Below the pieces are notes generated by a model. The model had not been told where the DNA came from. It saw only the letters and a list, made by a program, of their open reading frames with translations, and searched no databases. From positions 24,490,001-24,554,000 of the forward strand of contig OZ024743.1 of the NCBI GenBank assembly GCA_964016885.1: a DNA stretch of 64,000 nucleotides, in the 5' to 3' direction. Each line of letters begins with the position of its first letter. Within the stretch, counting starts at the first letter, position 1. A program made the position numbers and the translations under genes. Origin of the DNA: Eledone cirrhosa. Its lineage: Eukaryota. This document shows positions 15,229 to 29,324 of the stretch, piece by piece.

Positions 15229-15455
15229 GGGCAGAGGATTGGCAGTATCGGTAGAGAGTCGGACACCATGCTTTGCAGCATAGAGTTACGGTCCTTTACT
15301 GTCTGAGTTCAAATCCCGCCGAGGTTAACTTTGCCTTTCATCCTTACGGGGTCGATAAAATAAAGCACCAGTAATACACTGGGGTCAATTTAATCGACCC
15401 CCCCCCCTCTAAAAATAAATTACTGGCCTTGTAGCTATACTAGTAATCATTATAT
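15229..15455 (+). mobile_element. Full-length major tRNA-derived SINE (Nin/Deu-like central domain)
   Basis: A-box-like TGGCAGTATCGG, B-box GAGTTCAAATCCC, core GCCTTTCATCCTTACGGGGTCGATAAAATAAAGCACCAG, tail CTGGCCTTGT. Domain name is from recall of Nin/Deu SINE cores. Confidence 0.85.
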
Positions 15456-15739
15456 TGATTGTCACACGCGAGTATCCACATTAATTAAAATAACCAATTT
15501 TGAACAAAGTTTTTTGAGCGGCACAAATCATTATCAACACCAGCAGAAACAGCGGCAACAGCATTATCATGAAATTAAACGATTAAAATTATTATTTATT
15601 GATAAACATCGATCGATATGTCATCAATATTGGTTTTTCCAAATGTAGAATGGTATAACAATGGAATCATGGAGCAACAGTTTCTTATTGCTGCCATCAC
15701 ACCGCCATTTGCTCAACCATCATTACAACTACTACTACG

Positions 15740-17222
15740 GCCACTATCACCACCATCATCAGCACACCAACAACAACACAACCACCACCACTAGTAACAC
15801 CACTACGACCACTATCATCATCATCATCACCACACCAACAACACCAACAACAACAACACAACCACCACCACTAGTAACACCACTACGACCACTATCACCA
15901 CCATCATCATCACCACACCAACAACACCAACAACAGCAACACAACCACCACCACTAGTAACACCACTACGACCACTATCACCATCATCATCATCATCACC
16001 ACACCAACAACATCAACAACAGCAACACAACCACCACCACTAGTAACACCACTACGACCACTATCACCATCATCATCATCATCACCACACCAACAACATC
16101 AACAACAGCAACACAACCACCACCACTAGTAACACCACTACGACCACTATCATCATCATCACCACCACAGCAACAATACCAACAACAACAACACAACCAC
16201 CACCACTAGTAACACCACTACGACCACTATCACCATCATCATCACCACCACAGCAACAATACCAACAACAACAACACAACCATCACCACTAGTAACACCA
16301 CTACGACCACTATCACCATCATCATCATCATCACCACACCAACAATACCAACAACAACACAACCACCACCACTAGTAACACCACTACGACCACTATCACC
16401 ATCATCATCACCACACCAACAACACCAACAACAGCAACACAACCACCACCACTAGTAACACCACTACGACCACTATCACCATCATCATCATCACAACACC
16501 AACAACACCAACAACAACACAACCACCACCACTAGTAACACCACTACGACCACTATCACCATCATCATCACCACCACAGCAACAATACCAACAACAACAA
16601 CACAACCACCACCACTAGTAACACCACTACGACCACTATCATCATCATCATCACCACCACAGCAATAATACCAACAACAACAACACAACCATCACCACTA
16701 GTAACACCACTACGACCACTATCACCATCATCATCATCACCATCACACCAACAACACCAACAACAGCAACACAACCACCACCACTAGTAACACCACTACG
16801 ACCACTATCACCATCATCATCACCACCACAGCAACATTACCAACAACAACAACACAACCACCACCACTAGTAACACCACTACGACCACTATCATCATCAT
16901 CACCATCACACCAACAACACCAACAACAGCAACACAACCACCACCACTAGTAACACCACTACGACCACTATCACCATCATCATCACCACCACAGCAACAA
17001 TACCAACAACAACAACACAACCACCACCACTAGTAACACCACTACGACCACTATCACCATCATCATCACCACCACACCAACAATACCAACAACAGCAACA
17101 CAACCACCACCACTAGTAACACCACTACGACCACTATCACCATCATCATCACCACCACAGCAACAATACCAACAACAACAACACAACCACCACCACTAGT
17201 AACACCACTACGACCACTACCA
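15740..17222. repeat. Minisatellite, 18 units of 80/83/86 bp
   Basis: Anchor CTAGTAACACCACTACGACCACTA recurs 18 times from ~15791 to ~17196. Confidence 0.95.
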
Positions 17223-17385
17223 ACACCTTAACTAACACCACCATCACCACCACCATCACCACAGTGTCCGCCACCATCACCAACAACACCATTCCAACCA
17301 CCATCCTTAACAACATCATCGCCTCCACCATCACCTTCATCAACACTATACAACACCATCCTTACCATCATGGTCATAACTACCG

Positions 17386-18775
17386 TCATCACCTCCACCA
17401 TCACCTCCACCATCACCTCCACCATCACCTCCACCATCACCTCCACCATCACCTCCACCATCACCTCCACCATCACCTCCACCATCACCTCCACCATCAC
17501 CCCCAACATCACCTCCACCATCACCATCACCTCCACCATCACCTCCACCATCACCTCCACCATCACCTCCACCATCAACCCCAACATCACCTCCACCATC
17601 ACCATCACCTCCACCATCACCTCCACCATCACCTCCACCATCACCTCCACCATCACCCCCAACATCACCTCCACCATCACCATCACCTCCACCATCACCT
17701 CCACCATCACCTCCACCATCACCTCCACCATCACCTCCACCATCACCTCCACCATCACCTCCACCATAACCCCCAACATCACCTCCACCATCACCATCAC
17801 CTCCACCATCACCTCCACCATCACCTCCACCATCACCTCCACCATCACCTCCAACATCACCTCCACCATCACCTCCACCATCACCTCCAACATCACCATC
17901 ACCATCACCTCCACCATCACCTCCACCATCACCTCCACCATCACCTCCACCATCACCTCCACCATCACCTCCACCATCACCTCCACCATCACCTCCACCA
18001 TCACCCCCAACATCACCTCCACCATCACCATCACCTCCACCATCACCTCCACCATCACCCCCAACATCACCTCCACCATCACCATCACCTCCACCATCAC
18101 CTCCACCATCACCCCCAACATCACCTCCACCATCACCATCACCTCCACCATCACCTCCACCATCACCTCCACCATCACCTCCACCATCACCTCCACCATC
18201 ACCTCCACCATCACCTCCACCATCACCTCCACCATCACCCCCAACATCACCTCCACCATCACCATCACCATCACCTCCACCATCACCTCCACCATCACCT
18301 CCACCATCACCTCCACCATCACCTCCATCATCACCTCCACCATCACCCCCAACATCACCTCCACCATCACCATCACCTCCACCATCACCTCCACCATCAC
18401 CTCCACCATCACCTCCACCATCACCTCCACCATCACCTCCACCATCACCTCCACCATCACCTCCACCATCACCTCCACCATGACCACCACCATTACCACC
18501 AACGCCATCACCTCCACCATCACCTCCACCATCACCTCCACCATCACCTCCACCATCACCTCCACCATCACCTCCACCATCACCTCCACCATGACCACCA
18601 CCATTACCACCAACGCCATCACCTCCACCATCACCTCCACCATCCTCTCCACCATCACCTCCACCATTACCACCACCACCATGACCACCACCATTACCAC
18701 CACCACCATTACCACCACCACCATTACCACCACCACCATTACCACCTCCACCATCACCTCCACCAACACCATCAC
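17386..18775. repeat. 12-bp (CATCACCTCCAC)n array with variant units
   Basis: Directly visible; source of the GGGD/TITS/HHHL ORFs. Confidence 0.95.
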
Positions 18776-19056
18776 GGTCGGTCATCACAACTAGTGTGCT
18801 CCTTTGACGGGTTGAACAAAAACAAAACTATGAAAACCAAAGGAAAGCCAACAAAAGAGCCAGCTATCCTCACCACTAGCACTACACCACACAAGTAAAC
18901 CACTAGCACTACACCACACAAGTAAACAACAATGAAAGCCCCACAACAGCTTGGGGAGTTGTAGTGACGGACACCATCAAACGGACACCATCCATATAAT
19001 TAATTAGTTTGAAACAACTATAGAAGCAGCGGTTCTTTGCGTAGTTTATTTTTTAT

Positions 19057-19100
<44 letters not shown>

Positions 19101-19555
19101 CTGTATTTATAAATATATATATATTTGTTCGTCTTGTTCATTTTTAAATAGATATCAATACATATTTTGACAGGGTCCACAGCTACTATAAGAGTGGTTC
19201 GATAAAACCAACACCCACCCCAACTGGTTTCTCCCAGCATGATTTCGAGTGAATCAGCTTCTGATAGGTCTGAAATACTGATAAAATGTTTTGCTTTTGC
19301 CTTTCCTTTTTGTTTATTTGTCTGTTGTTTTTTTGTTGTTGTTTTTTTTTGTTACTTTTGTATGTGGGTGTATATGAGGGTTGGGATAGTTTAATAGATA
19401 TAGTCTGGTTTGTAGATATTGAATAATTTACCTTAATGGGATGTACTTTTTCTTGTAATAGCTAACTCTCTTTTGCATTTTATATTTTTTGTTTGATTAC
19501 TTGACTTTCTAAAAGACACACACACACACACACGCACACGCGCACGCGCACACAG

Positions 19556-19620
<65 letters not shown>

Positions 19621-19648
19621 TATTGTGTTGTTATTTCTGTTTACCTTT

Positions 19649-19680
<32 letters not shown>

Positions 19681-20644
19681 ATTTTTTTTTTATATATATA
19701 TATGTATATGTGCCTATGTTTGCACACACATACAGACACAGACACACACACACACACATACATACACACTCACACATATACATATATATATCATTTCATT
19801 TATCTCTGTAACACTACCCATCTACCTGGCTATTTTGCTATCTAATAGAAAGGCTTAACACTGTTGGTGGTAGTGAAGCTGCTTCTGCAGAATTGAGTCT
19901 CTATCATAATCTCAATTTCTTTTCATTTATCAATAACCTATATTTTGAGGTCTCCAAATGTTTTATACAAATATGTTCCACGTCTAATAACACTACTATT
20001 GTTCTATAACACTACTATTGTTCTAAGCTATTCCACCCTTAAGCAAATTATTGAAAATCAACGAGTTTCTACGTGATCGCTTCACTTACTAGAAAATACT
20101 AAGTGGATACACTATATCTGGAAAAAGACCATTGCCGGTCTGTGACTAAACATCAACACCTTCTGATTCGAGAATAGAGATTTTTAATCAACTCAGACCG
20201 AATTGGAAAAGTGATACATCTTCAACTTCGCCGCCACAAGAGGCAAGTATTATAATACAACCAAACTGGCGGGCAAAAGACAACTCTGGGGAGACATTTT
20301 ATCTCTATCCAATTTATCTATTTAGTTTACTGTGCTTTTAAATTCTCTCTTTAATACTTTATCTGCACTCTGGACGGAACGCAGAAAGCAAAGGTATATA
20401 ACTGAAGACGACAAAACATTTACAATGCTTCTCTCCCTTTTCTATTACTACAAAATTAATGGATCCTAATACAGGCTCAAGGAAACAAGGGGCGGGGGAA
20501 TAGTTGATTAGATTAGATACTTTACCGCCACTTATTTCATCGACGAGATTTTAACTCAGAATATATAGGGTCGTACCTATAAAACTGGCATACCAGGAGT
20601 TTTATACATTTCGTTTTCGGTTCTGCCATCTCATTGCCCTTAAC

Positions 20645-21030
20645 ATAACAACGGTTTCTAATTTAGGCACAAGTCCAACAATGTGTGGGCAGGGTAAAGA
20701 CGATTCCACTGACTGGTACATTACTTTATTGAACCCGGAAGGATGAAAGACCAATGTCTAGTTTGGAGGGATTTGAATTCAGAGAGTAAGGAGCCAGAAT
20801 ATTTTCAGACATTTTGTCCGATGATCTAACGATTTCTAATATAAATACAAGGCCAGTAGTTTCGAGGGGGGAGGGGATTGATTAAATTGACTCCAGCACT
20901 TGATTGGTACTTCTCTTTATGGACCCTGGAAGAATGAAAGACACGGCTGATCTCGGTAGGAATTTGAACTTATGTGAAGTGTCGAAACGAATTCTGAGAA
21001 ATGTTGAGTTCGATACTCTTACAATTCTCC
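20645..21030 (-). mobile_element. Two adjacent diverged major SINE copies
   Basis: Reverse-complement cores CTGGTAC...TTTAT...GGATGAAAG...GATTTGAA, twice. Confidence 0.65.
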
Positions 21031-21479
21031 CATTTCACTGTCCTGATAATACTAGAAATAGTTATATTGATATGCAACCAATTACCGCCTCATATATGTC
21101 ACCTTACCAGCTTATCACCAGCTTAGCCAGGCACAAACTGTCATCATTTCATCATCCATTCATTCTGTCCTCCGACCATCTCACTTAAGTTTCTCCCCCA
21201 GCCCTGTAACACCTCAGTTGAGTTATTGCAACCAACACCGTCTAATTTCATCACTATCTTCCCCTTATCTGAAATCCTTCACTTCCACAACCCTCACCAA
21301 CACCATCACGAATACTGTCACCAACACCATCATGAATACCACTAACATTACCACTGCCAGAGTCATAAGCACTAACGCACTATTAATTCAACCACCACCA
21401 TTCACCACTAACACAACACAACACTATCACTGTCACTATAAACATTACTAACGTTACTATTAACACTATCAATATTCCG

Positions 21480-23226
21480 ACACCCACATCACCAACCCGA
21501 CCAATAACAAGAGAAGCCCACCATCAAGACTACTACCATCAACACCATCACTACCACCACCATCACTGCCACCACCATCACTGCCACCACCATCACTGCC
21601 ACCACCATTACTCTTACCATCCCTCCATCTCCATCATCACCACTAAAACTGCCCATATTTCTATTAGCAGGGCCTCCATCACTAACATCGCCACCACAAC
21701 CACCAGCACCTCCACGACGACCACCAACAACAACAACCCCATTGCCACTACCACCACTACTACCAACACACCCATCTCCGTCACCACCAGCAACACCACA
21801 ACCATTTACATCACCACCATTACCACCACCACCACCATTACCACCACCACCACCACTACCACCACCACCTCTAACACCACCACCACTGCCAACACAACCA
21901 TCTCCGCCGCCACCAGCCACACCATAACCACTAACATCACAATCACCACCATCACCATCTCTACTACGACGACCACGACGACCATCACCACCACCACCCC
22001 CACCGCCGCCAACACCACCACCACCACCACCGCCACCACCACCACCACCACCGCCAACACCACCACCACCACCACCACCACCACCACCACCACCGCCACC
22101 ACCACCACCACCACCGCCAACACCACCACCACCACCACCACCACCACCACCACCACCACCACCACCACCACCACCACCACCACCGCCAACACCACCACCA
22201 CCACCACCACCACCACCACCACCGCCACCGCCACCACCACCACCACCGGCAACACCACCACCACCGCCACCACCACCACCGCCACCACCACCGCCACTGC
22301 CAACACCACCACCACCACCACCGCCACCACCACCACCACCACCACCACCACCACCACCACCACCACCGCCACCGCCACCACCACCACCACCTACACCACC
22401 ACCGCCACCACAACCACCACCACCACCGCCACCACCACCACCACCGGCAACACCACCACCACCGCCACCACCACCACCGCCACCACCACCGCCACCGCCA
22501 ACACCACCACCACCACCACCGCCACCACCACCACCACCACCACCGCCACCACCACCTCCACCGCCAACACCACCACCACCGCCACCACCACCGCCACCGC
22601 CAACACCACCACCACCACCACCGCCACAGCCAACACCACCACCACCACCGCCACCACCACCGCCACCGCCAACACCACCGCCACCACCACCGCCACCACC
22701 ACCACCACCACCGCCACCACCGCCACCACCACCGCCACCACCACCACCACCACCACCGCCACCACCACCACCACCGGCAACACCACCACCACCGCCACCA
22801 CCACCACCGCCACCACCACCGCCACCGCCAACACCACCACCACCACCACCGCCACCACCACCGCCACCACCACCACCACCACCACCGCCACCGCCAACAC
22901 CACTGCCACCACCACCGCCACCACCACCACCACCACCGCCACCACCACCACCACCACCACCACCACCGCCACCGCCAACACCACCACCACCACCACCACC
23001 ACCACCACCACCGCCACCACCACCACCACCACCACCACCACCACCACCACCACCACCACCACCACCACCACCACCACCACCACCGCCACCACCACCACCA
23101 CCACCACCACCACCACCGCCACCACCACCGCCACCACCACCACCACCACCACCACCGCCACCACCACCACCACCACCACCACCACCACCACCACCACCGC
23201 CACCACCACCGCCACCACCACCACCA
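21480..23226. repeat. (CCA)n-rich array with CCG/CAA variants
   Basis: Directly visible. Confidence 0.95.
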
Positions 23227-23419
23227 TCTGTGGCAGTAGATCCCCAGTGAAACCTATCACGCTATTGTTAATCGACACTCAAATAGCAGTTGTAATGATC
23301 TTAATATATTGACTTTAATTTCCCTCGTTGCCTCATTGATCATGTGACACTGGTGGAGATGGGGAGGGGGAGTGTGACGTGTTATGGTGGCGGTTCTGGT
23401 GATGTGATGTGTAGGGTGT

Positions 23420-24160
23420 TAGGGTGGCGGTGGTGATGATGGGGGTGGTGGTGGAGGTGGAGGTGGTAGTAGTGATGGTGGTGGAGGAGATGGTCGTGGT
23501 GGCAGTGGGTGGTGATGATGATGGGGGGGGGGGGGGGGTGATTGGGGTGATGGTGGTAGTGGTGGTGGTGTTGGTGGCGGAGATGGTCGTGGTGATGGTG
23601 TTAGTCGTGGTGGCAGTGGTCGAGGTGGTGGTGGGGGTGTTGGTGGCGGAGATAGTCGTGGTGGCGTTGGTCGTGGTACCAGTGGTCGAGGTGGTGATGG
23701 CGGTGGCAACAACGTTGGTCGCAGTGGATGTAATCGTGGTGGTGGTGGTGGTGGTGGTCGTCGTGGTGGTGGTGGTGGTTGCTGTGCTGCTTGTAATGGC
23801 GTGGGGGAGGTGTTGTGGTGTTGACACGACAATGGTTATAGAGGGGCTGCAATTGGTATGGGGGTGTGAGGTTGGTGCTGGTGCAGTAGTGTTGGTCGTT
23901 ATGATGTTGGTGGTGGCTACGGTGCTACTACTGTTGGTGGTGTTGGTACGTTTGTGTCTGCTGATGTTGCTAGTGGTGGTGGTAGTGGTGCTGGTGGTTG
24001 AGGTGGTGGAATTGGTGATGGTGCTGGTGGTTGATGTGGTGTTGGTGTTGGTGTTGGTGTTGGTGGTAGTGTTGGTGGTGCTGGTGCTGGAGGTCTGGTC
24101 GTGGTGTTGGTGGTGGTGGTGGTGGTGGTGGTGGTCGTCGTCGTGGAGGTGGTAGTGATG
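23420..24160. repeat. (GGT)n-rich degenerate array, opposite polarity to the upstream (CCA)n array
   Basis: Directly visible. Confidence 0.9.
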
Positions 24161-24895
24161 TTAGTGATGGAGTGTTGCGACGCTTGTTAAAGAGGCAATA
24201 GCCGATGATCGTGTCAGGGGTTCACAGTGAGAGGTCAGCAATTGCTCTATTGTCAGCGGGAACCCGCCGTTTCACATATAGAATTTTCAATCAGATCAGC
24301 AGAAAGCGAAAGTATGCAAAGTTGTCTCTTTGCCCATCAATCCATCCATCCATCCGTCTGTACGACCGCCTGTCCGTCTGTCCATCTGGCCGTATGTCTG
24401 TTTGTCTGTCTGAATGACTGACTGGTTCTCTGCTTGGTTGACTAGCCAGTCGGCCAGCTCACCGTCTGACCAACAGTCTGTCTATTTGTTTGTCTAGAGA
24501 GATGATTGTCCATTTGTATCAATTTGTCTCATTCACTGACTCTTGGGTTTTAAACCACATGTCAATTAACCATAATACTAGATTTTTCTTTAATTATAAT
24601 GGTTTGTAAAGTGTGTTGTTGTGGTTTTTGCTTTTGTTGTTGTTTAGCCGACTGTCATCCCTCCCCCACCCACCCTGTCAGCATGTTCAGACCTTATGAT
24701 CAAAGGTGTTTCAGCTGTGATCATATGCTGCCTTATTGAGATATACAATATATCGAAGACGGTAGGGGATTTTACTACTACTTCTAGCAGGTCAAACGAT
24801 CACCTTATGGGTTCGGCGTGTTTTGTGTGTTTGTGTTTCTAAGTAGATATATATGTGTGTAATAAAACACGCATACACATATATATATATATATT

Positions 24896-24960
<65 letters not shown>

Positions 24961-25293
24961 TGTCTGTCTGTCTGTATGCGTGTCTGTATGTGTGTCTGTC
25001 TGTCTGTCTGTGTGTGTGTGTGTGAGTGTGTAACAAAATAAATAGAAATAACAAAGCAAACGACACATTACATTGACGAAATATATTAGTTTAAAGCTTG
25101 AAATAGCAGGAAAAAGAGTCTTAAAGTTTCAGACACTAGTCCTTCATATTAAAGGTAAATGAATAGTACCGTGTTATCGTAAAGAAGTGGTGTAATCTGC
25201 TACGTATGATACAATCTGGACAGTAGCTTCTTATAGCATCCTTTGGAAGGCGTTTCTGAGGACTCTGCCCGCCATGGCTCTCGCAGGAATAAA

Positions 25294-25770
25294 TAGAAGA
25301 AGAAGAAGAAGAAGAAGAAGAAGAAGAAGAAGAAGAAGAAGAAGAAGAAGAAGAAGAAGGAGGAGGAGGAGGAGGAGGAGGAGGAGAAGAAGAAGAAGAA
25401 GAAGAAGAAGAAGAAGAAGAAGAAGAAGAAGAAGAAGAAGAAGAAGAAGAAGAAGAAGAAGAAGAAGAAGAAGGAGGAGGAGGAGGAGGGGGAGGGGGAG
25501 GAGGAGGAGGAGGAGGAGGAGGAGGAGGAGGAGGAGGAGGAGGAGGAGGAGGAGGAGGAGAAGGAGAAGAAGAAGAAGAAGAAGAAGAAGGAGGAGGAGG
25601 AGGAGGAGGAGGAGGAGGAGGAGGAGGAGGAGGAGGAGGAGGAGGAGGAGGAGAAGAAGAAGAAGAAGAAGAAGAAGAAGAAGAAGAAGGAGGAGAAGAA
25701 GGAGAAGAAGGAGAAGAAGAAGAAGAAGAAGAAGAAGAAGAAGAAGAAGAAGAAGAAGAAGAAGAAGAAA
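25294..25770. repeat. Pure polypurine (GAA)n/(GGA)n tract
   Basis: Directly visible. Confidence 0.95.
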
Positions 25771-25989
25771 TCTATCCTAATGTGAAGGTCCAAATCCCTC
25801 TTATAATTCGGACTTAATGATACATAATCTACAGGCGTTTAAAATGGCCGTAAGAAAACTATTGCTTATAATATTGGTGGTAAATAAAAGATGATGACAA
25901 CGATTCTTCCATAAAAACACTCACAGAAAGTAGAAAAGGAATATATATGTGCGTGTATCCTTTCTCACAACTTTCCCCTGGCAAAATAA

Positions 25990-26180
25990 GAGTTTCTAAT
26001 TTGGGTACAACTAAAGCAATTTGTGGGGAGGGGAAATCTCAATTAAATCACCCCCAATACTTGATTGCGAGTTTATTTTATTGACCTCAAAAGAATAAAA
26101 GGCAAAAGTTGATCTGCTCGTGATTTGAACTCCGATGAATAGACCAAAAACAAATACTGCAAAGATTTTGCCGACCTTTT
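25990..26180 (-). mobile_element. Diverged major SINE copy
   Basis: Reverse-complement core TTTATTTTATTGACC...AAAAGGCAAAAGTTGA...GATTTGAACTC. Confidence 0.6.
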
Positions 26181-27411
26181 AACCATTTGGTTATACATCG
26201 TGATAATAAAGGAAATTTAATCTATACTTGTCTTTTGGGCGGGCATCCATATGGCGATTATAGGTTGGGAGTGAAAGAGCCTTCTTTGGTGGTCGGAGAG
26301 TTCAGTCCACGAACATGAGACTCAAGTTCGATTCCCGGCGGTGCTTTGGGTTTTTGAACAATTAACGAACAGGCTGTTCAGGAACAGGTTATTCGATGTT
26401 GAATCCGACGGAGGTCCAACACGCACACACAACATATACGAAGAGACAAAAAAGAAGGGGAGAGAAAATATGAGAATGTGTGGTGTGCTTGTGTTTATGA
26501 GAGACAAAATGGGTGGGAGGTAGAGGACAAAGAGGGGAAGTGTAAAGTGTTATTTCAGGAGAGATAATTGAATTGAGAATCGGTGATTGCGACTCAAACG
26601 GTGTTATACATGAATTGACCCGCTCAAAGATTAAAAGCTAAAGGAAAAGATCAAATGTACCTCGGATATTTTATATTTATAAATATGTACAAAAGAAAGA
26701 CAAATATATAAATACAAATAAATAATATGATGATAGTTTAGTTTTTGTCTGTCTGAGGCACGAGGCTGAAATTTTCTGTCGATCACAAATAATGCCGAAG
26801 AATGAAATATTTCATTTGTTTTTCTTTTTTGTTTTGACTTGATTTGCTTTTAGGATATTTCTCCTTAAAAAATAACAATTAGAATTATATATGAAAATTT
26901 AAAAAATACAGCATTTATAAGGATACTGTGTTTAGTATATGATGGCCATTATGAATGGTTAACGAACCTTTATAAAAATTTACTAGATACGCTTGACTGT
27001 GTTAATTACTATTGCATATCCCATTATATAATATGATCTACAAATATGCAGTGTCTATTTGAATTAACTACTAAAACAACAAAATACCCCGCACACTCAC
27101 GTACAGAAAAAGTATTTAATGAATTGGACGTTCGTTCTACAGCGTTTAACAAATCAAGTTAGATAAAAGAAAAATATTGCATTTATTGGTATAAAAAGTT
27201 ATAATAAATATAATTGCCTGAAGAAATAAAAAAAAGAATATGATGCTAATAAGTGAATTTAAAATTGAAATCAAAATGTTATTGAAATTATTAATTAATT
27301 AATTTGTTAAACTTAGAATTTGTGAATAAAAACTGACATTAAGAAGTGTTACGAACATTAAAACTAAAAGAACAAATAACGAAAAGGTAATATAAGAAGA
27401 GTGTTCAATAA

Positions 27412-27846
27412 ATAATGGTTACTGATTTAGGCAGAAGGCCAGTGATTTGGAGGGGGGGGGGTGATTAAATCGATCCTAGTGCATTACTTGGGCTTTACTT
27501 TATCGACCCCGTAAAGATGAAATGCAAAGTTAACATCGGCGGGATTTGAACTCAGAACGTAAAGGGACGTAATTCTATGTTATAAAGCAAGTTGTCTGAC
27601 ACTCTACCGATACTGCCAATCCACCAATAATAATGGTTTCTTATATAAGCACAAGGCCTGCAATTTTGGGGGAGGGGAAAGTCAACTAAATCGACCCCAG
27701 TGCGTGACTGGTACTTTATTTTATCGACTCCGTAAAGATGAAAGGCAAAGTTAACTTCGGCGGATCTGAACTCAGAACGTAAAGGGCCATAACTCTATGC
27801 TACAAAGCATGGTTTCTGATGTTCTACCCATACTGCCAAACCACCG
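27412..27846 (-). mobile_element. Tandem pair of full-length major SINEs
   Basis: 27412-27625 and 27628-27846 are each the reverse complement of the SINE consensus seen at 15229 and 52059. Confidence 0.85.
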
Positions 27847-28080
27847 AATGTTTCTACTTTTGGCAAAGACTTTCCTCACTTAAAAAAGCTTCAAGCACAG
27901 GCATCGCTTGATATGTGACATTTCTTGCTATGCTTGGTAGTGCTGGCCATAGGCAAGCCCCTAGCAGGAGTAGAAAGCGACGTCCGTGATGCTTATGCTT
28001 AAGTATCAAGCGATGGTATTACTCGAAATCGAGTTGCAGCCATCATCATTTCTGTATATATGTATGTATACCAAATTATT

Positions 28081-28198
28081 GTGGCCATTAGTATAAGAAG
28101 AGTTGTGGTCATTAGTATAAGAAGAGTTGTGGTCATTAGTATAAGAAGAGTTGTGGTCATTAGTATAAGAAGAGTTGTGGTCATTAGTATAAGAAGAG
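28081..28198. repeat. 24-bp tandem repeat, ~5 copies
   Basis: (GTGGTCATTAGTATAAGAAGAGTT)n with no spacers. Confidence 0.9.
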
Positions 28199-28782
28199 AC
28201 AACACGCAAGACGTCACAGAATATATGGTGAGCTACGCTCAAGCTATCTTTCGCTTCTTAGAGCCGCGTGTTGAACTTCCTAGGGGATACAAACCGGAAA
28301 TAGTCTCGAACCAACGCGAGAAATGTGTGTTTATATAGATATGATTAATTCATATGCTCTATGTTGTGCTGCGAATCATATAATGTGATCGGTTTTTGTG
28401 TTGGGGGAAGAAAGGAAAGCTATGCTTGACGTTATATGGTCATGTTTTGTGTATATGGGACCGGAATACCGTGGAGATATTTGGACAATTTGTTAACGTA
28501 CGCCTGTATGTGTGCGTGTGTGTGATATCAACCGTGGAGATATCATCATACTTTTATTTATCATCGTCATAAAATGTATGCATATACGTGTTTCAGATGA
28601 TAACGGAAATGAAATACAAAGAGAGGAGTGAATAGTTGTGATGTCGATATTGTCGTACTTAAACTACAGCATTTCTATTACTCAGATATAATAACCTCAA
28701 AGTGTCTAAAACCACAATAATATCGATGACGCTCCGTCGATTTTAATTTCCATTATCTCTGTTGCATAAATTCACACACACA

Positions 28783-28820
<38 letters not shown>

Positions 28821-28856
28821 TACGTACACACACATATATATATACATATTAATATA

Positions 28857-28892
<36 letters not shown>

Positions 28893-29324
28893 TGTATATA
28901 GGCGAATACGCAAATAGGCAAATTTGTGAGAGCATCAGTTTAAATACCTTCGGGATGTGTTCCTGCTCTCTACGCTCTAATTTCAAATCCTGTTGCGATT
29001 AAATCTTCCTTTCATCCTCTCAGTATCTATAAAACAGATTATTAATCTGGGTCGATGCTTTGGTGAAATTGCTATAGTCTACAGATAGAAAGTTTTACAA
29101 TATCTCTTTCGGTCGTTTGAGATCTGAGTTCGGTCGCATTTACACTGGTACCAAACTGCAACGACCCTTGCTTTTATGTTGGACAGTATCGGGGGCGTGG
29201 AGATAGGGGATTTGCAAACAAGGAGTTTTGTGTTGTTTTTCAACAAATTCTTAGCTTTTTCCAGGTGTAGATTAATGGTCTCACGGGACATATAGAGGTA
29301 GCGAATACACAGAGAGTCTCAAAC

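Noticed and set aside
15740-17222. CRISPR-like periodic anchor motif
   Set aside because: The intervening sequence is itself repeated rather than unique spacers; eukaryotic context with no cas genes.
17228-18898. ORFs of 474-544 aa (Gly/Asp-, His- or Thr-rich)
   Set aside because: They are translations of a 12-bp tandem repeat open in several frames on both strands, with no unique coding flanks.
24209-24240. Nuclear-receptor response element GGTTCA-n7-AGGTCA
   Set aside because: Non-canonical spacing, and expected by chance in 64 kb.
25200-25793. Poly-Arg and poly-Phe/Ser ORFs, plus the many YIYI/CVCV ORFs window-wide
   Set aside because: Simple-sequence translations.
28081-28198. 24-bp repeats as a CRISPR or iteron array
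   Set aside because: Head-to-tail with no spacers.
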